64,000 nt of DNA from Planctomycetia bacterium (lineage in GTDB: Bacteria > Planctomycetota > UBA1135 > UBA2386). The number at the start of each line of letters is the position of its first letter. Within the stretch, counting starts at the first letter, position 1. Positions 35,155-44,971 of the stretch are shown here, piece by piece. The position numbers and the translations under genes were made by a program. The notes under the pieces were generated by a model, which saw only the letters and a program-made list of their open reading frames with translations, was not told the origin of the DNA and did no database searches. The DNA is taken from NCBI GenBank assembly GCA_005776475.1, contig SXPB01000034.1, positions 3,380 to 67,379 of the forward strand, written 5' to 3'.

Positions 35155-36996
35155 TTACAGCAACTGCAGGATGTCGTTGTAGGTGACGAACAACACCAGC
35201 ATCAGCACGAACACGAGGCCGACGACCTGGCTGTAGCCGAACACCCGCGAACTCACCGGCGACCCCTTCACCTTCTCGATCAGCAGGAACATCAGGTGGC
35301 CGCCGTCGAGCACCGGGATCGGCAGCAGGTTCACGAACGCGAGGTTGAGGCTCAGCATCGCCAGCAGGTAGAGGAACCAGCTGTAGCCGCGCTGCGCCGC
35401 CTGGTAGCTGACCTGGCTGATGCGGATGATGCCGCCCAGGTTCTTGGTGCCGACGTCGCCGGTCACCATGCGCTTCATGGTCACGTAGAGCTGCTTGATC
35501 ATGTCGACCGACAAGGCCGAACCGAGGGCCAGGGCGGCGCCGAACGACTCGGCGCGCACGGTTTCGGTGCGCAGGCCAAACGCCGGTTGCAGGCCCGAAT
35601 CGAATTGGGGCGGCTGCCGCGGCGCGATGACGAACTCGGCGCGTTCGCCGAGCTCGAGGTCGCCGGTCGCGAGGTCGAGGCGCAGGCTGGTGCCAGTGCG
35701 GGCGACGACGAGGGCCAGCGATTTGCCATCGCTGTCTTCGACCACCTGGCGCAGGTCGTCGAAGGTGCGCACCGGCTTGCCGTTCACGGAGACGATGCGA
35801 TCGCCGGACCGCATGCCGGCAGCGGCCGCCGCGTGGTCGGGCATCACGAAGAGCAGCAGGCTGTCGTCGGGCTTGCAGACGACGTTCTTGGCGAAGGCGA
35901 TGCGGTCCTCGCGCGTGGCCGGCTGTTCGAGGCGGACTTCGCGGCCAAAGCGCCGCACCAGCACGCGCAGCATCGGACCGGCGTTGCCGGCGCTCGCAAC
36001 GTCGAGGTTGCCGCTGGTGAACGGCACTTCGTCGATCGCCAGCACGAGGTCGCCGCGCGCGATGCCGAGCTTCTGCACGAACGGGACGTCGGGGCGCAGC
36101 CCGCGCACGACGCGCGGCAACAGCGTCACGCCGATGCGCGCCGGGGCTGGCTTCGTCGCCGGCGTCGGTTGCAGGCGCAGTTCGAGTTCCTTGTCGTCGC
36201 GGCGCACGCGCAGCAGGAAGTCGCCGCCGCCGGTCAGCGTCGCCAGCGTCGCATCGTCGATCGGGGCCGTCACCGGCCGGCCATCGACGGCGAGCAGCCG
36301 GTCGGCGTCGAGCACGCCCGCCTTCTGCGCCGCGCTGTCGGCCTTCACCTCCAGCACGGCCGGGGCGTCGGCGAACGCAGGTTCAACGCCGAGCTCGTAG
36401 CGGCCGTCGGTGCCGTTCCACTGCGGCAGCACGGTGACGGTGCGTTCGCTGCCGTCGCTGGCGCGCAGCCGCAACGGCGTCGGTCGGCCACCGGTCAGCG
36501 CCACTTCGACGACCAGGTTGTCGAACGAATAGAGCTCCTTGCCGCCGATCGCGACGATGCGTTCGCCCGGCGCCACGCCCGCTTCCCACGCCGCACTGCC
36601 GTCCTGCACGCGGCCGACGATCGGGGCCGTGAACTCGACGCCGGAGCGGAACGCGATGGGGAACGCCACCAGCGCGAACAGCAGGTTCATCAGCACGCCA
36701 CCGGACCAGAACAGCGCGCGCTGGCTGATCGACTTGGCCCACAACGATTCGCGCGCTGGGTAACGGCGATCGCTCGGATCGGCGCCAGCGACCAGCACGT
36801 AGCCACCGAACGGCACCAACGACAAGCGGAAGTCGGTGCCCTTGTAGACGAACCCGCACAAGCGCGTGCCAAAGCCGAGCGAGAACACTTCGACGCGCAC
36901 GCCGGCGAGGCGCGCGGCGAGGAAGTGGCCGGCTTCGTGCAGGAAGATCAGGAGGCCGATGCCGATCGCGGCCAGGAGGATGCTGCCGAATTCCAT
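35155..36996 (-). CDS. rseP: Site-2 (RIP) zinc metalloprotease RseP with an expanded PDZ region
   Basis: The start reads MEFGSILLAAIGIGLLIFLHEAGHFLAAR (HExxH). The C-terminus has NLLPIPVLDGGH. The 613-aa length implies more PDZ repeats than the two-PDZ E. coli type. Confidence 0.9.
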   Translation of the reverse strand: MEFGSILLAAIGIGLLIFLHEAGHFLAARLAGVRVEVFSLGFGTRLCGFVYKGTDFRLSLVPFGGYVLVAGADPSDRRYPARESLWAKSISQRALFWSGGVLMNLLFALVAFPIAFRSGVEFTAPIVGRVQDGSAAWEAGVAPGERIVAIGGKELYSFDNLVVEVALTGGRPTPLRLRASDGSERTVTVLPQWNGTDGRYELGVEPAFADAPAVLEVKADSAAQKAGVLDADRLLAVDGRPVTAPIDDATLATLTGGGDFLLRVRRDDKELELRLQPTPATKPAPARIGVTLLPRVVRGLRPDVPFVQKLGIARGDLVLAIDEVPFTSGNLDVASAGNAGPMLRVLVRRFGREVRLEQPATREDRIAFAKNVVCKPDDSLLLFVMPDHAAAAAGMRSGDRIVSVNGKPVRTFDDLRQVVEDSDGKSLALVVARTGTSLRLDLATGDLELGERAEFVIAPRQPPQFDSGLQPAFGLRTETVRAESFGAALALGSALSVDMIKQLYVTMKRMVTGDVGTKNLGGIIRISQVSYQAAQRGYSWFLYLLAMLSLNLAFVNLLPIPVLDGGHLMFLLIEKVKGSPVSSRVFGYSQVVGLVFVLMLVLFVTYNDILQLL

Positions 36997-38168
36997 CAGG
37001 ATTCTCGTGGGGTCACGACTGTCTGCTTCTGCAACAGCGAGGCGGCGAGGGACCGCGCTTCCGCATCGGCATCCAGCACGTCCTGCAAAGAGTGGATCGG
37101 CCGGATCGGTGCCGCCGCCAGCACTTCGGCCACGGTGGTCACGATGCGCGGGAACGGGATCTGGCCGGCGAGGAAGGCGGCGGTGGCGACTTCGTCGGCG
37201 GCGTTGAGGCGGGCGCCACTGTCGCCGCCGAGTTCGAGGCAGCGCCAGGCAAGCGCCAGGGCCGGATAGCGCGCCGGATCGAGCGGCTCGAACTCGAGCG
37301 ACTGCCAACGCAGCGGGTCGAACGGGGCGAACGCGAACGGCAGCCGTTCGGGATGGCCGAGGCAGTACAGGATCGGCACGCGCATGTCGGGCACGCCGCA
37401 CTGCGCCAGCATGGAGCCGTCGATGAACTCGACCATCGAATGCACGATGCTCTGCGGGTGCAGCACGACCTGGATGCGGTCGCCGCCGACGCCGAACAAC
37501 CAGTGCGCTTCGATCACCTCGAAGGCCTTGTTCATCATCGTCGCGCTGCCGATGGTGATGCGTTGGCCCATCGTCCAGGTCGGGTGGCGCAGCGCTTCCT
37601 GGAGGGTGATCGACGCGAACGTCGCCAGCGGGCGGGTGCGGAACGGGCCGCCGGAGCCGGTCAGCCACAATCGGCGCACGGCGCGGTCGGGTTCGCCGCG
37701 CAGGCACTGGTGGATCGCGCAGTGTTCGCTGTCGACCGGCAGGATCGCGGCACCGCTGCGCCGCGCCAACGGCATCAGGTACTCGCCGGCGATCACCAGC
37801 GATTCCTTGTTGGCGAGGGCGAGGCTCTTGCCGGCGCGCAGGGTCCATTCCGACGCGGCGAGGCCGGCGGCGCCGGTGATCGCGTTGAGCACGAGGTCGG
37901 GTGCGGTGAAGTCGAGGGCGGCGAGCAGGCCGTCGGCGCCGGTGAAGTGGCGGCAGTTGGCAGGCGGCGTGGTGGCGGTGGTGGTAGCACCGGTGAGGCA
38001 GGTTGCGCGCGGTGGGTGCACTACAGCAGCAGCGGCCAGGGGACCGGCGCCGGTGTGCGCACTCAGCAGTACGACCTCGAAGCGGTCCCGGTGCTCGGCC
38101 AGGATGCTCAACGCCTGGCTGCCCACGGAACCGGAGCAGCCGAGCACGGCGACACGTCGTCTCGACAC
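36996..38168 (-). CDS. dxr: 1-deoxy-D-xylulose-5-phosphate reductoisomerase
   Basis: RVAVLGCSGSVGSQAL..LANKESLV..VDSEHCAIHQCL..LTGSGGPF..HPTWTMGQRITIGSATMMNKAFEVIEAHWLF..HPQSIVHSMVEFIDGS. GTG start at 38168. Its stop shares 1 nt with the rseP ATG (TGATG). Confidence 0.92.
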   Translation of the reverse strand: MSRRRVAVLGCSGSVGSQALSILAEHRDRFEVVLLSAHTGAGPLAAAAVVHPPRATCLTGATTTATTPPANCRHFTGADGLLAALDFTAPDLVLNAITGAAGLAASEWTLRAGKSLALANKESLVIAGEYLMPLARRSGAAILPVDSEHCAIHQCLRGEPDRAVRRLWLTGSGGPFRTRPLATFASITLQEALRHPTWTMGQRITIGSATMMNKAFEVIEAHWLFGVGGDRIQVVLHPQSIVHSMVEFIDGSMLAQCGVPDMRVPILYCLGHPERLPFAFAPFDPLRWQSLEFEPLDPARYPALALAWRCLELGGDSGARLNAADEVATAAFLAGQIPFPRIVTTVAEVLAAAPIRPIHSLQDVLDADAEARSLAASLLQKQTVVTPRES

Positions 38169-38253
38169 ACCGCGATCATGCTGCCTGCGTGGTGTTCGAT
38201 GCAACCTCGGTGCGGTGGTTGCAGCACTGCCTGATGCGATCGATGATGCGTGC

Positions 38254-39189
38254 GTGCGGCAATATCCCCGTGGGCGCGTCGGCGTCGTGATCCTGCTGGT
38301 CGCGAGTTTCGCGCGGAGCCAGACCGAGACGGCGTTCCTCGAAGCGTGGCGACGGGTCGAGACTTCGGCGCCGACCCAGCGCGCCGCCGCCGCGCGCGAA
38401 GCCAGCGACTGCTTCCTGGCGATGCCGGGTGCCAGCGAGCGCGAACGCAACCTGCTCGCCGGCATTGAGGCCACGGCGATGGCCGAGCGTTGGTCCGTCG
38501 TGTTGGACCTCGTCGCCGACCTTCCCGCCGACGCGCCGCGTCCGCGCACCGTCGCCGCGGCACACCTGCGCGCCGTGCTCGAGCAGCAGGGCCTCGCTGC
38601 GTTCGTCGCGATGGCAAAGCAACAACTTCGCGTGTCACAGCCGGCCACGCACGACGTGCTGGTCGCCGTCGAGGCCAAGGTCGCCGGGCTCGCCGAGAAG
38701 GCCGTGCGCAGCGGCGACATCGCCAACGGCCGCTTCGTCTTCGAAGAACTGGCGGCGGTGCAGCCCACGGCGGCGTACCGACTGGCCAACCTGGGGCTGT
38801 GCCTGCGCCAGCTTGGCGACAGCGCCGGGGCGCTGCGCGCGTACGAACGCGCGCGTGCCGAAGCACCCGCCGATCTCGACATCGCCAACGACCACGGCCT
38901 CAGCCTGCGTGCATCCGGCCAACTGGTGGCAGCATTGCAGGCGTTCCAACGCAGCCAGGAACTCGACTTGCTGCGCGCTCCGGAGCAACGTGGGCGTGGG
39001 CCGGCGATCACGAACCTCGTGCACCTCGTCGCGGTCGAGGCCAAGGTGGCCGTCGCCGATCCGCTGCCGGCGGCCGCGGCGGCGCTGGCGGTGCGGCCGG
39101 ATGCGACGATGCTCAAGCGCCTCGTGCTCGACGTCGGCCTCGATCGGCTCGCGGCGTCACCGACCGCCCCGCAGAAGCCCGTTCGGTAG
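38254..39189 (+). CDS. Exported TPR-like repeat protein
   Basis: GTG at 38254 gives (V)RQYPRGRVGVVILLVASFARSQ, which is signal-like. It also has AYRLANLGLCLRQLGDSAGALRAYERARAEAP..NDHGLSLRASGQLVAALQAFQRS TPR-like units. The start is approximate. Confidence 0.55.
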   Translation: MRQYPRGRVGVVILLVASFARSQTETAFLEAWRRVETSAPTQRAAAAREASDCFLAMPGASERERNLLAGIEATAMAERWSVVLDLVADLPADAPRPRTVAAAHLRAVLEQQGLAAFVAMAKQQLRVSQPATHDVLVAVEAKVAGLAEKAVRSGDIANGRFVFEELAAVQPTAAYRLANLGLCLRQLGDSAGALRAYERARAEAPADLDIANDHGLSLRASGQLVAALQAFQRSQELDLLRAPEQRGRGPAITNLVHLVAVEAKVAVADPLPAAAAALAVRPDATMLKRLVLDVGLDRLAASPTAPQKPVR

Positions 39190-39296
39190 GCGTCTCCCGG
39201 GTGGTGGATGTCGCCTTCGTGCGCTACTTTGGGGCCGACCCCTGGTTGCCGGCCGCGGCCGCGTGCCGGCTCTCTTCCCGCTAGCGAGGAACCCTG

Positions 39297-40670
39297 ATGT
39301 CGTTCGTGGTGAGTCTGGCCCTGTGCTCCGTGTTGTTGCCCCAGAATCCGCCCGCGACCCAAGGCGACCCGGGGCAGAAGCCCCTGCTGTCGGCCGCCGA
39401 GCAAGCGAGTCTGCGCGACAAGTTGTCCAAATACCTGGCCGACGAAGCGGCCTATTACCGCGGCGGCAAGGACCGCGACAAGAACGCGCTACGCCTCGAG
39501 AAGAGCAAGGAGACGTGGACCGACGAGTGGAAGAAGCTCGAAGCCAAGGTGGTGAAGAACGGCGTGTTGCTCGGCTCGATGGCCGACCTGCGCCCGATCT
39601 TCGAGAACTGCTTCCAGATGAAGGCGCCGAAGAACTCGCCCGGCGAATTGCGCCGCGAGACGGTCAAAGACCCGGCTGCCGAGTTCGCCTACATCCTGCC
39701 GAAGTCCTACAAGTACACGACCCCAACGAGGTTGCTGTTGGTGCTGCCGGGCAGTGTCAGCGCCGACCAGCCGGGGCAGTGGGCGAAGCCTCAGGATTAC
39801 TTCGCGGCGACGTGGGACAGGTCGGCGACTGCGGCCGACACCATGTTCCACTTCCCGGTCGTGCCCGCGGGCCTCGAACTCGACCCGATCCCCGACTACA
39901 GCCGCGAAGGCGCGGATGCGGAAGAGCAGCGTCGCATCGAGGCGATATTCGTCAGCCTCGGCGAACTCATGCAGACCACCAACATCGACCGCAGCCGCGT
40001 CGTGCTCGATTGCGGGCGCGCGGCCTCGGGTTTCGGCTTGCGGCTGATGACGCTGTTCCCCGACCGTTGGGCGGGGGCGATCCTGCGCGCGCCGAGTGCG
40101 GTCGACGACATCCGCCTGGGCAGCCTGAACGGCATTCCGATCTTGCTGCTGCGCACCGCGGCGACGGCGGCGGCGGTTGACGCCTTGAAGAAGCGGCTCG
40201 AGGAGGTGTCGCCTGGCTTGATCACCGTGCTTGACGCAGCCGACGAGTACCCGCACAAGGCGGCGACGCTGGAGATCGAGAAGTGGCTGGCTGGCCGGCG
40301 CCGCAGCATGGTGCCGAAGAAGGTCGTGCTCGAGCCGAACCACGATCGCTTCAATCAGGCCTACTGGGTCGACATCGGCGTTGCCGATTCGCTGCAGACC
40401 GCTGCAGCGGACAAGAAGCCGCGCCTCGAAGTCATCGCCGAACGCGACGTGAACCGGATCACCGTGAAGGCGATCGGCGTCGAGAAGTTCACGCTGGTGC
40501 TCAACGACGACCTGGTCAACCTCGACAAGGAGTTCACCGTCGTCATCAACGACAAGGCGGTGACCGAGAAGCGCACGCGTTCGCTGCGCGAGCTGCGCGA
40601 ACAAGTGGCCAAACGCATGGACTGGGACTACCTGTTCCCGGCCAAGTTCACCTCCACCGTGCCGAAGTAA
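39297..40670 (+). CDS. Exported alpha/beta-hydrolase-like (esterase/peptidase-fold) protein
   Basis: 457 aa with a short signal-like N-terminus. The core LLLVLPGS..VVLDCGRAASGFGLRL..AGAILRAPS..ILLLRTA resembles esterase-fold proteins, but I see no clean GxSxG motif. Confidence 0.55.
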   Translation: MSFVVSLALCSVLLPQNPPATQGDPGQKPLLSAAEQASLRDKLSKYLADEAAYYRGGKDRDKNALRLEKSKETWTDEWKKLEAKVVKNGVLLGSMADLRPIFENCFQMKAPKNSPGELRRETVKDPAAEFAYILPKSYKYTTPTRLLLVLPGSVSADQPGQWAKPQDYFAATWDRSATAADTMFHFPVVPAGLELDPIPDYSREGADAEEQRRIEAIFVSLGELMQTTNIDRSRVVLDCGRAASGFGLRLMTLFPDRWAGAILRAPSAVDDIRLGSLNGIPILLLRTAATAAAVDALKKRLEEVSPGLITVLDAADEYPHKAATLEIEKWLAGRRRSMVPKKVVLEPNHDRFNQAYWVDIGVADSLQTAAADKKPRLEVIAERDVNRITVKAIGVEKFTLVLNDDLVNLDKEFTVVINDKAVTEKRTRSLRELREQVAKRMDWDYLFPAKFTSTVPK

Positions 40671-40676
40671 GGGCGC

Positions 40677-42674
40677 GTGGTGGTTCCGGCGAACGGCGCG
40701 CCCCGTGGCGACGGCGTGGTGCGCGCCGTCTTGGTTGCGTTCCTGGCGGGGTTTGGCTGCATGGCGGCCGAACTGACGGCAGTGCGCCTGCTGGCGCCGC
40801 ACTTTGGCGACAGCGCCTACGTCTGGACCAACGTCATCGGCGTGATCCTCGCGGCGTTGGCGCTCGGCGCGTTCTGCGGCGGGCGCTGGGCCAGTGCCGC
40901 GGGTCATGGGCGGGCGCTGCCGGTGGTGTTGGCGGGCGGCGGCGTCGGCATCGCGTTGGCGCCGTGGATCGCCCCGCTGATCGGCGGCTGGCTGGTGCCG
41001 GCGGGATTGCCGCTCGATGCGGCGATGCCGACGTTGGTGCGCGGTTCCTTCGTCGCCACCGCCTTGCTGTTCACGCCGGCGATGGTGTGCATCGGTGCGG
41101 TGTCACCGCTGCTGGTGGCGCAGACGGTGCGCGGCGGCCACGACGTCGGCCGTGCTTCGGGTGCGGTGGCGGCGGCCGGCACGCTGGGCAGCCTGGTCGG
41201 AACGTTCCTGGCGACCCATTGGCTGGTGCCGACGTTCGGTTGCCGGATTGCGATGGGCAGCGCCGGTGCCTTGTTGGTCGGCGCCGCGGTCGTTGCCGGT
41301 TGCGGGCGTGGCCGGGGCCGGGGCCGGATGGCGATGGGCGCCGCGGCGGCGGGGTTGCTGCTCGTGTTGCTGGTGCCGCGGGGACCGCTGCAGCCAGCGG
41401 CGGCCGGCGAGACGCTGCTGGCCGAGGTCGAGAGCAAGAGCCAGTTCCTGCAGGTGCTGCGCAGCGAAGCCGACGGTGTGGTGACGACGCGGCTTCGCAT
41501 CAACGAAGGCCTCGACTCGTTCCACTCGCTGGCGATCGCCGGCTCGTCGTTCACGGGCGGTGCCTACTACGACTGGCACGCGTTCGTGCCGTTCCTGCTC
41601 GGCGACACGGCGTTGCCTGCGTTCGCTGCCTTATCGATCGGTGACGCGGCAGGCACGTTGCGCACGGTCTACGCGGCGGTGCATCCCACGGCCACGGTCG
41701 ATGCCGTCGACGTCGACGGCGCGACGATGGCACTCGGCGATGCGCACTTCGCCGCCAGGAAGGCGCCCGGCGAACGGCATGTGCTCGACGGCCGCGTTTT
41801 CCTCCTCACCAGCCAGAAGCGGTGGCATTGCATCCACGTCGATGCCTACGCGCACCAGATCTACGTGCCCGCCCACCTGGCCAGCCGGCAGTTCTTCGCG
41901 GAAGCGAAGGAACGGCTGCACGACGGCGGCGTGATCGCTTGCAACGTCGGTGCGCTGCATCGCGATGACCCGGTGCTGCGCGCGATCGGGGGCACGATGG
42001 CCGAGGTGTTCGGCAACGCCTCGGTACTGCTGGTGCCGAACACGCGCAATGCGCTGCTGGTCGCCGTGCGCGGCGCGCCGATCGACCGGACGCGGTTGCA
42101 GCGGGCCAGCGAGCACGCGCTGGCTGCGTGGGTGAGCGCCGCCGACCGTGGCCACTGGCAACAACTCGCGGTTATGGCGGCGCGGCCGGACGCCTGGCTC
42201 GAGATTCCGGCGGCGACGCCGCTCGACGACGATCGCCCGGTGCTCGATGCGCTGCTGGCGAAGAGCTACATCGAACGCGACGACGATGGAAAGGTGGTGG
42301 TGGCGAAGGGCACTACCGCAGTCGCCGGCGCCGAAGGCGAAGCCTACGCCGCGGCCGTCGCCAACGACCCGATGGCGGTGTTGGGTTGCGTGGCGCGCAG
42401 CAGCGGCGACAGCGCCTACCTGCGCGAACTGGCGGGCGATGCGCGCTGGCGCTTGCGTTCGCTGCGCTGTGCGGCGGCCGAATACGACCTGGCGTTGCAA
42501 CGCGCCGACGACGACGGCCTGCGGGCGCGCGTGCAGGACAAGCGGGCGCGACTGCAGCAGCAGCTCGCCACCTACGACCTGGCCGACGCCAGCGCGTCGC
42601 GCAACGGTTGGCTGCAGGTGGCGCTGGCCGTGCTGCTGCTGCCGCTGGTGTGGCTGCTGCGCCGCTGGCCGTGA
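40677..42674 (+). CDS. Fused polytopic-membrane / spermidine-synthase-like (aminopropyltransferase-fold) protein with a C-terminal TPR-like tail and terminal TM
   Basis: FLAGFGCMAAELTAVRLLAPHFGDSAYVWTNVIGVILAALALGA is the typical N-terminus of membrane-bound spermidine-synthase-like proteins. It also has a central Rossmann part (ALSIGDAAGT..VDAVDVDG..HVDAY). 665 aa. Confidence 0.7.
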   Translation: MVVPANGAPRGDGVVRAVLVAFLAGFGCMAAELTAVRLLAPHFGDSAYVWTNVIGVILAALALGAFCGGRWASAAGHGRALPVVLAGGGVGIALAPWIAPLIGGWLVPAGLPLDAAMPTLVRGSFVATALLFTPAMVCIGAVSPLLVAQTVRGGHDVGRASGAVAAAGTLGSLVGTFLATHWLVPTFGCRIAMGSAGALLVGAAVVAGCGRGRGRGRMAMGAAAAGLLLVLLVPRGPLQPAAAGETLLAEVESKSQFLQVLRSEADGVVTTRLRINEGLDSFHSLAIAGSSFTGGAYYDWHAFVPFLLGDTALPAFAALSIGDAAGTLRTVYAAVHPTATVDAVDVDGATMALGDAHFAARKAPGERHVLDGRVFLLTSQKRWHCIHVDAYAHQIYVPAHLASRQFFAEAKERLHDGGVIACNVGALHRDDPVLRAIGGTMAEVFGNASVLLVPNTRNALLVAVRGAPIDRTRLQRASEHALAAWVSAADRGHWQQLAVMAARPDAWLEIPAATPLDDDRPVLDALLAKSYIERDDDGKVVVAKGTTAVAGAEGEAYAAAVANDPMAVLGCVARSSGDSAYLRELAGDARWRLRSLRCAAAEYDLALQRADDDGLRARVQDKRARLQQQLATYDLADASASRNGWLQVALAVLLLPLVWLLRRWP

Positions 42675-42679
42675 TCCGG

Positions 42680-42697
42680 CGCCCGCGGCAGCGGGCG
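42680..42697. terminator. GC-rich hairpin between convergent genes (7-bp stem cgcccgc/gcgggcg, GGCA loop)
   Basis: Read directly from the sequence. There is no U-tract, so a terminator role is uncertain. Confidence 0.3.
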
Positions 42698-42699
42698 GG

Positions 42700-44814
42700 T
42701 CACAGGATGTCGAGGATGCCGCTGCTTCCGTTGGTCAGCGTCTCGGTGCTGGCGCGGTAGTTCGTGTTGCTGGCGTAGATGCTGTTCCACGGCAGCGGGT
42801 CCTTGTCGCAGATGCGACCGAGGGCGACCGCGGCGAACGCGCGCGTCAGCGGCGTCAAGTTGGGATTGGCGAGCATGCGCTGCAGCGGCGCCAGGCTGCG
42901 GCGATCGCCGATCTGGCCCAGGGCGGCGGCCACGGCGGACAGGCGCACCAGGCTCGGGTCCGGGTTCTCGAGTTCCAGGCACAGCGTGTCGGCGACGGAC
43001 TGGTCGCCGAGCAGGCCGAGCGTGCGCACGCACTGCAGCATCAGGAACGGGCGGCGCTGGGCATCTTCCAGCAGCGCGCGGACTTCGCCGACCGCGAGCC
43101 GGTCGCGCAGCAGTCCGAGGCCCAAGGCCACGTAGCCGGCGATGTCGTCGCGTTGGCGGTTGTCGGCCAGGGTGCGCCGCAGGCTGTCGGCCGCCGTGTC
43201 GTCGCCGCTGAGCCCCATCGCGATGGCGAAGGCGCCGAGCGAACTCGGATTGCGCGCCGCTGCGAACGAACGTTGCAGCGCGGCGTTGAGCGCCGGGTCG
43301 GGTTCGACGCGCGTGCCGTCCTTCTCGCCCTGCTGCACCGAACGCGCGTGCAGCACGCCGAGCGCCATGGCAGTCCACGGTTGTTCGAAGGCGCGGTTGC
43401 CTTCGTCGAGCGCGCGCAGCAATTGCTTCTTCGCTTCGTCGCCGCCCTGCCGGGCGAGGCCAAGCAGCGCGAACGCGCGCGTCTGCTGGTCGCGGTGGCT
43501 GCGGTAGGCGTCGAGCAGGGTCTGGCCGACGATGGCGTCGGCATCGGTGTTGTCGTGCCACGGCGCCGCGAGGCCGCCGAGCGCCAGCGCGCACGACTGG
43601 GCGACGTAGAGGTTGCCGCCGCGGCCGTCGCCGCTGCGGGCGCCGGTCGTGTCGATGCCGGAGCGCAGGTCGGCGAGCAACAGGTCGCGCCACTGGGTGC
43701 GGGCGTCGGCGGCGGTCGCCGGCAGCAGCCGCGCGATCGCGGTCGGCACGTGCGCCTGCAGGATGCGTTCGCCGGGGCCGAGATCGCGCACGTAGTAGGC
43801 GTGCAACCGATCGAGGATGGAGGTGCGCAGCACCTTGGTCGCAGCGCTCGCATCGTCCGGCGGCAGTTGCGCCAGGGCCTCGATCACGGCGACCTTCAGG
43901 TCGCGGCCGTGCGACTCCGGATGGGCCAGGATTCCGCTGAGCTGGGTCACCGCCGACATCGTCAGCGCCGGGTTGGCGTTGCGGGCGAGCACCAGGCCCT
44001 GACCGAAGGCGGCGAATGCGCGCGTGCGCTCGTTCACCGCCGAGCCACCCGACAGCTTGCGGCCTTCGGCGTTGTCAGCGACCAGCGCCGACATCACCGA
44101 CAGGTGATCCGGGGTCGGTTGCCCGCAGATGCCGAAGGCGACGGCGGCGGTTTCGCGCAGTTCCTGGTCGCCGCTCTGCAGCCAAGGCAGGAACAGTGCG
44201 TGCAGCGACGCGTTCTTGGTGTCGCGCCCGATCTTCGCCAGGGCCACGAGGCAACTCGAAATGGTGTCGCGGTCGTGCGCGCTCTGCAGCGCCGCGGCGA
44301 GTGCTTCACTGGCAGCCGCAAGGTCGGCTTCGGTGGGGCGCTGCACCGGCATGCGAGCCGCGAGCGGACCACGCGCCAGCAACTGGTCGTCGGCGTTGCC
44401 GATGCGGCTCTCCTGGATCGCGTCGCGCAGGCGCAGCCACGGGTCCTTGCCGAACTCCCACCAGAACTCCCAGCGACCGAGGTCGTCGTCGAGCGGGGCG
44501 CCGCGGCCACGGTTGGCGCCGCGGCTGCCGATGGCGTTCGCGGTGCCGGCGCTCGCCGGGCCCGACGGCGTGCCGGGGGACGCACCGGTGGTGGCGCCAG
44601 TGCCCGAACCGCTGTTGTTCCCGTTCGGTGACGATCCACTGCCACTGCTGCCCGTGCCCGTGCTCGTGGTCGGCGGCACCACGTTGCCGGGGCCCCGGTA
44701 TTGGCCGCCGTGCGCCAACGCGGCTTCGCACAGGAGGATCGAGGCCAGCAGGCCGGCGGGAATTGCTGCGGAGAAGTGAGTTGCCATGACGTTGCGCTGC
44801 TTTGCAAAGGCCAT
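42700..44814 (-). CDS. Exported HEAT-repeat protein, paralog A of the HGGQYRGPG / FWWEF / GILDIL family
   Basis: 704 aa. The signal peptide ends ..LLCEAALA, followed by HGGQYRGPGNVVPP, a Gly/Ser/Thr/Pro linker, DDDLGRWEFWWEFGKDPWLRLRDA, HEAT-like repeats, and the C-terminus LPWNSIYASNTNYRASTETLTNGSSGILDIL. Confidence 0.8.
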   Translation of the reverse strand: MAFAKQRNVMATHFSAAIPAGLLASILLCEAALAHGGQYRGPGNVVPPTTSTGTGSSGSGSSPNGNNSGSGTGATTGASPGTPSGPASAGTANAIGSRGANRGRGAPLDDDLGRWEFWWEFGKDPWLRLRDAIQESRIGNADDQLLARGPLAARMPVQRPTEADLAAASEALAAALQSAHDRDTISSCLVALAKIGRDTKNASLHALFLPWLQSGDQELRETAAVAFGICGQPTPDHLSVMSALVADNAEGRKLSGGSAVNERTRAFAAFGQGLVLARNANPALTMSAVTQLSGILAHPESHGRDLKVAVIEALAQLPPDDASAATKVLRTSILDRLHAYYVRDLGPGERILQAHVPTAIARLLPATAADARTQWRDLLLADLRSGIDTTGARSGDGRGGNLYVAQSCALALGGLAAPWHDNTDADAIVGQTLLDAYRSHRDQQTRAFALLGLARQGGDEAKKQLLRALDEGNRAFEQPWTAMALGVLHARSVQQGEKDGTRVEPDPALNAALQRSFAAARNPSSLGAFAIAMGLSGDDTAADSLRRTLADNRQRDDIAGYVALGLGLLRDRLAVGEVRALLEDAQRRPFLMLQCVRTLGLLGDQSVADTLCLELENPDPSLVRLSAVAAALGQIGDRRSLAPLQRMLANPNLTPLTRAFAAVALGRICDKDPLPWNSIYASNTNYRASTETLTNGSSGILDIL

Positions 44815-44875
44815 GCCTGCGCCGCGACATGCAGCTCCAGCGAGCGAGCGCGCGAGTTGAGGCGAAGTCGTGCCC

Positions 44876-44923
44876 GGAAATGAATCGAGGGCTCGTCAGG
44901 CATTGCTGCCGGACGAGCCCTCG
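44876..44923 (-). terminator. Intrinsic-terminator-like hairpin downstream of paralog B
   Basis: Perfect 12-bp stem (44886..44897 cgagggctcgtc / 44912..44923 gacgagccctcg) with a 14-nt loop. On the mRNA strand it is followed by AUUCAUUUCC. Confidence 0.5.
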
Positions 44924-44971
44924 TGGGCAGGCAGGATGTCGGTCGCTCGCGCGGCCGTCACCCCACAAGGC

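Noticed and set aside
35155-38168. dxr-rseP pair and the long multi-PDZ RseP as something unusual.
   Set aside because: dxr-rseP adjacency is a widespread conserved arrangement, and longer multi-PDZ RseP variants are known. This is ordinary housekeeping.
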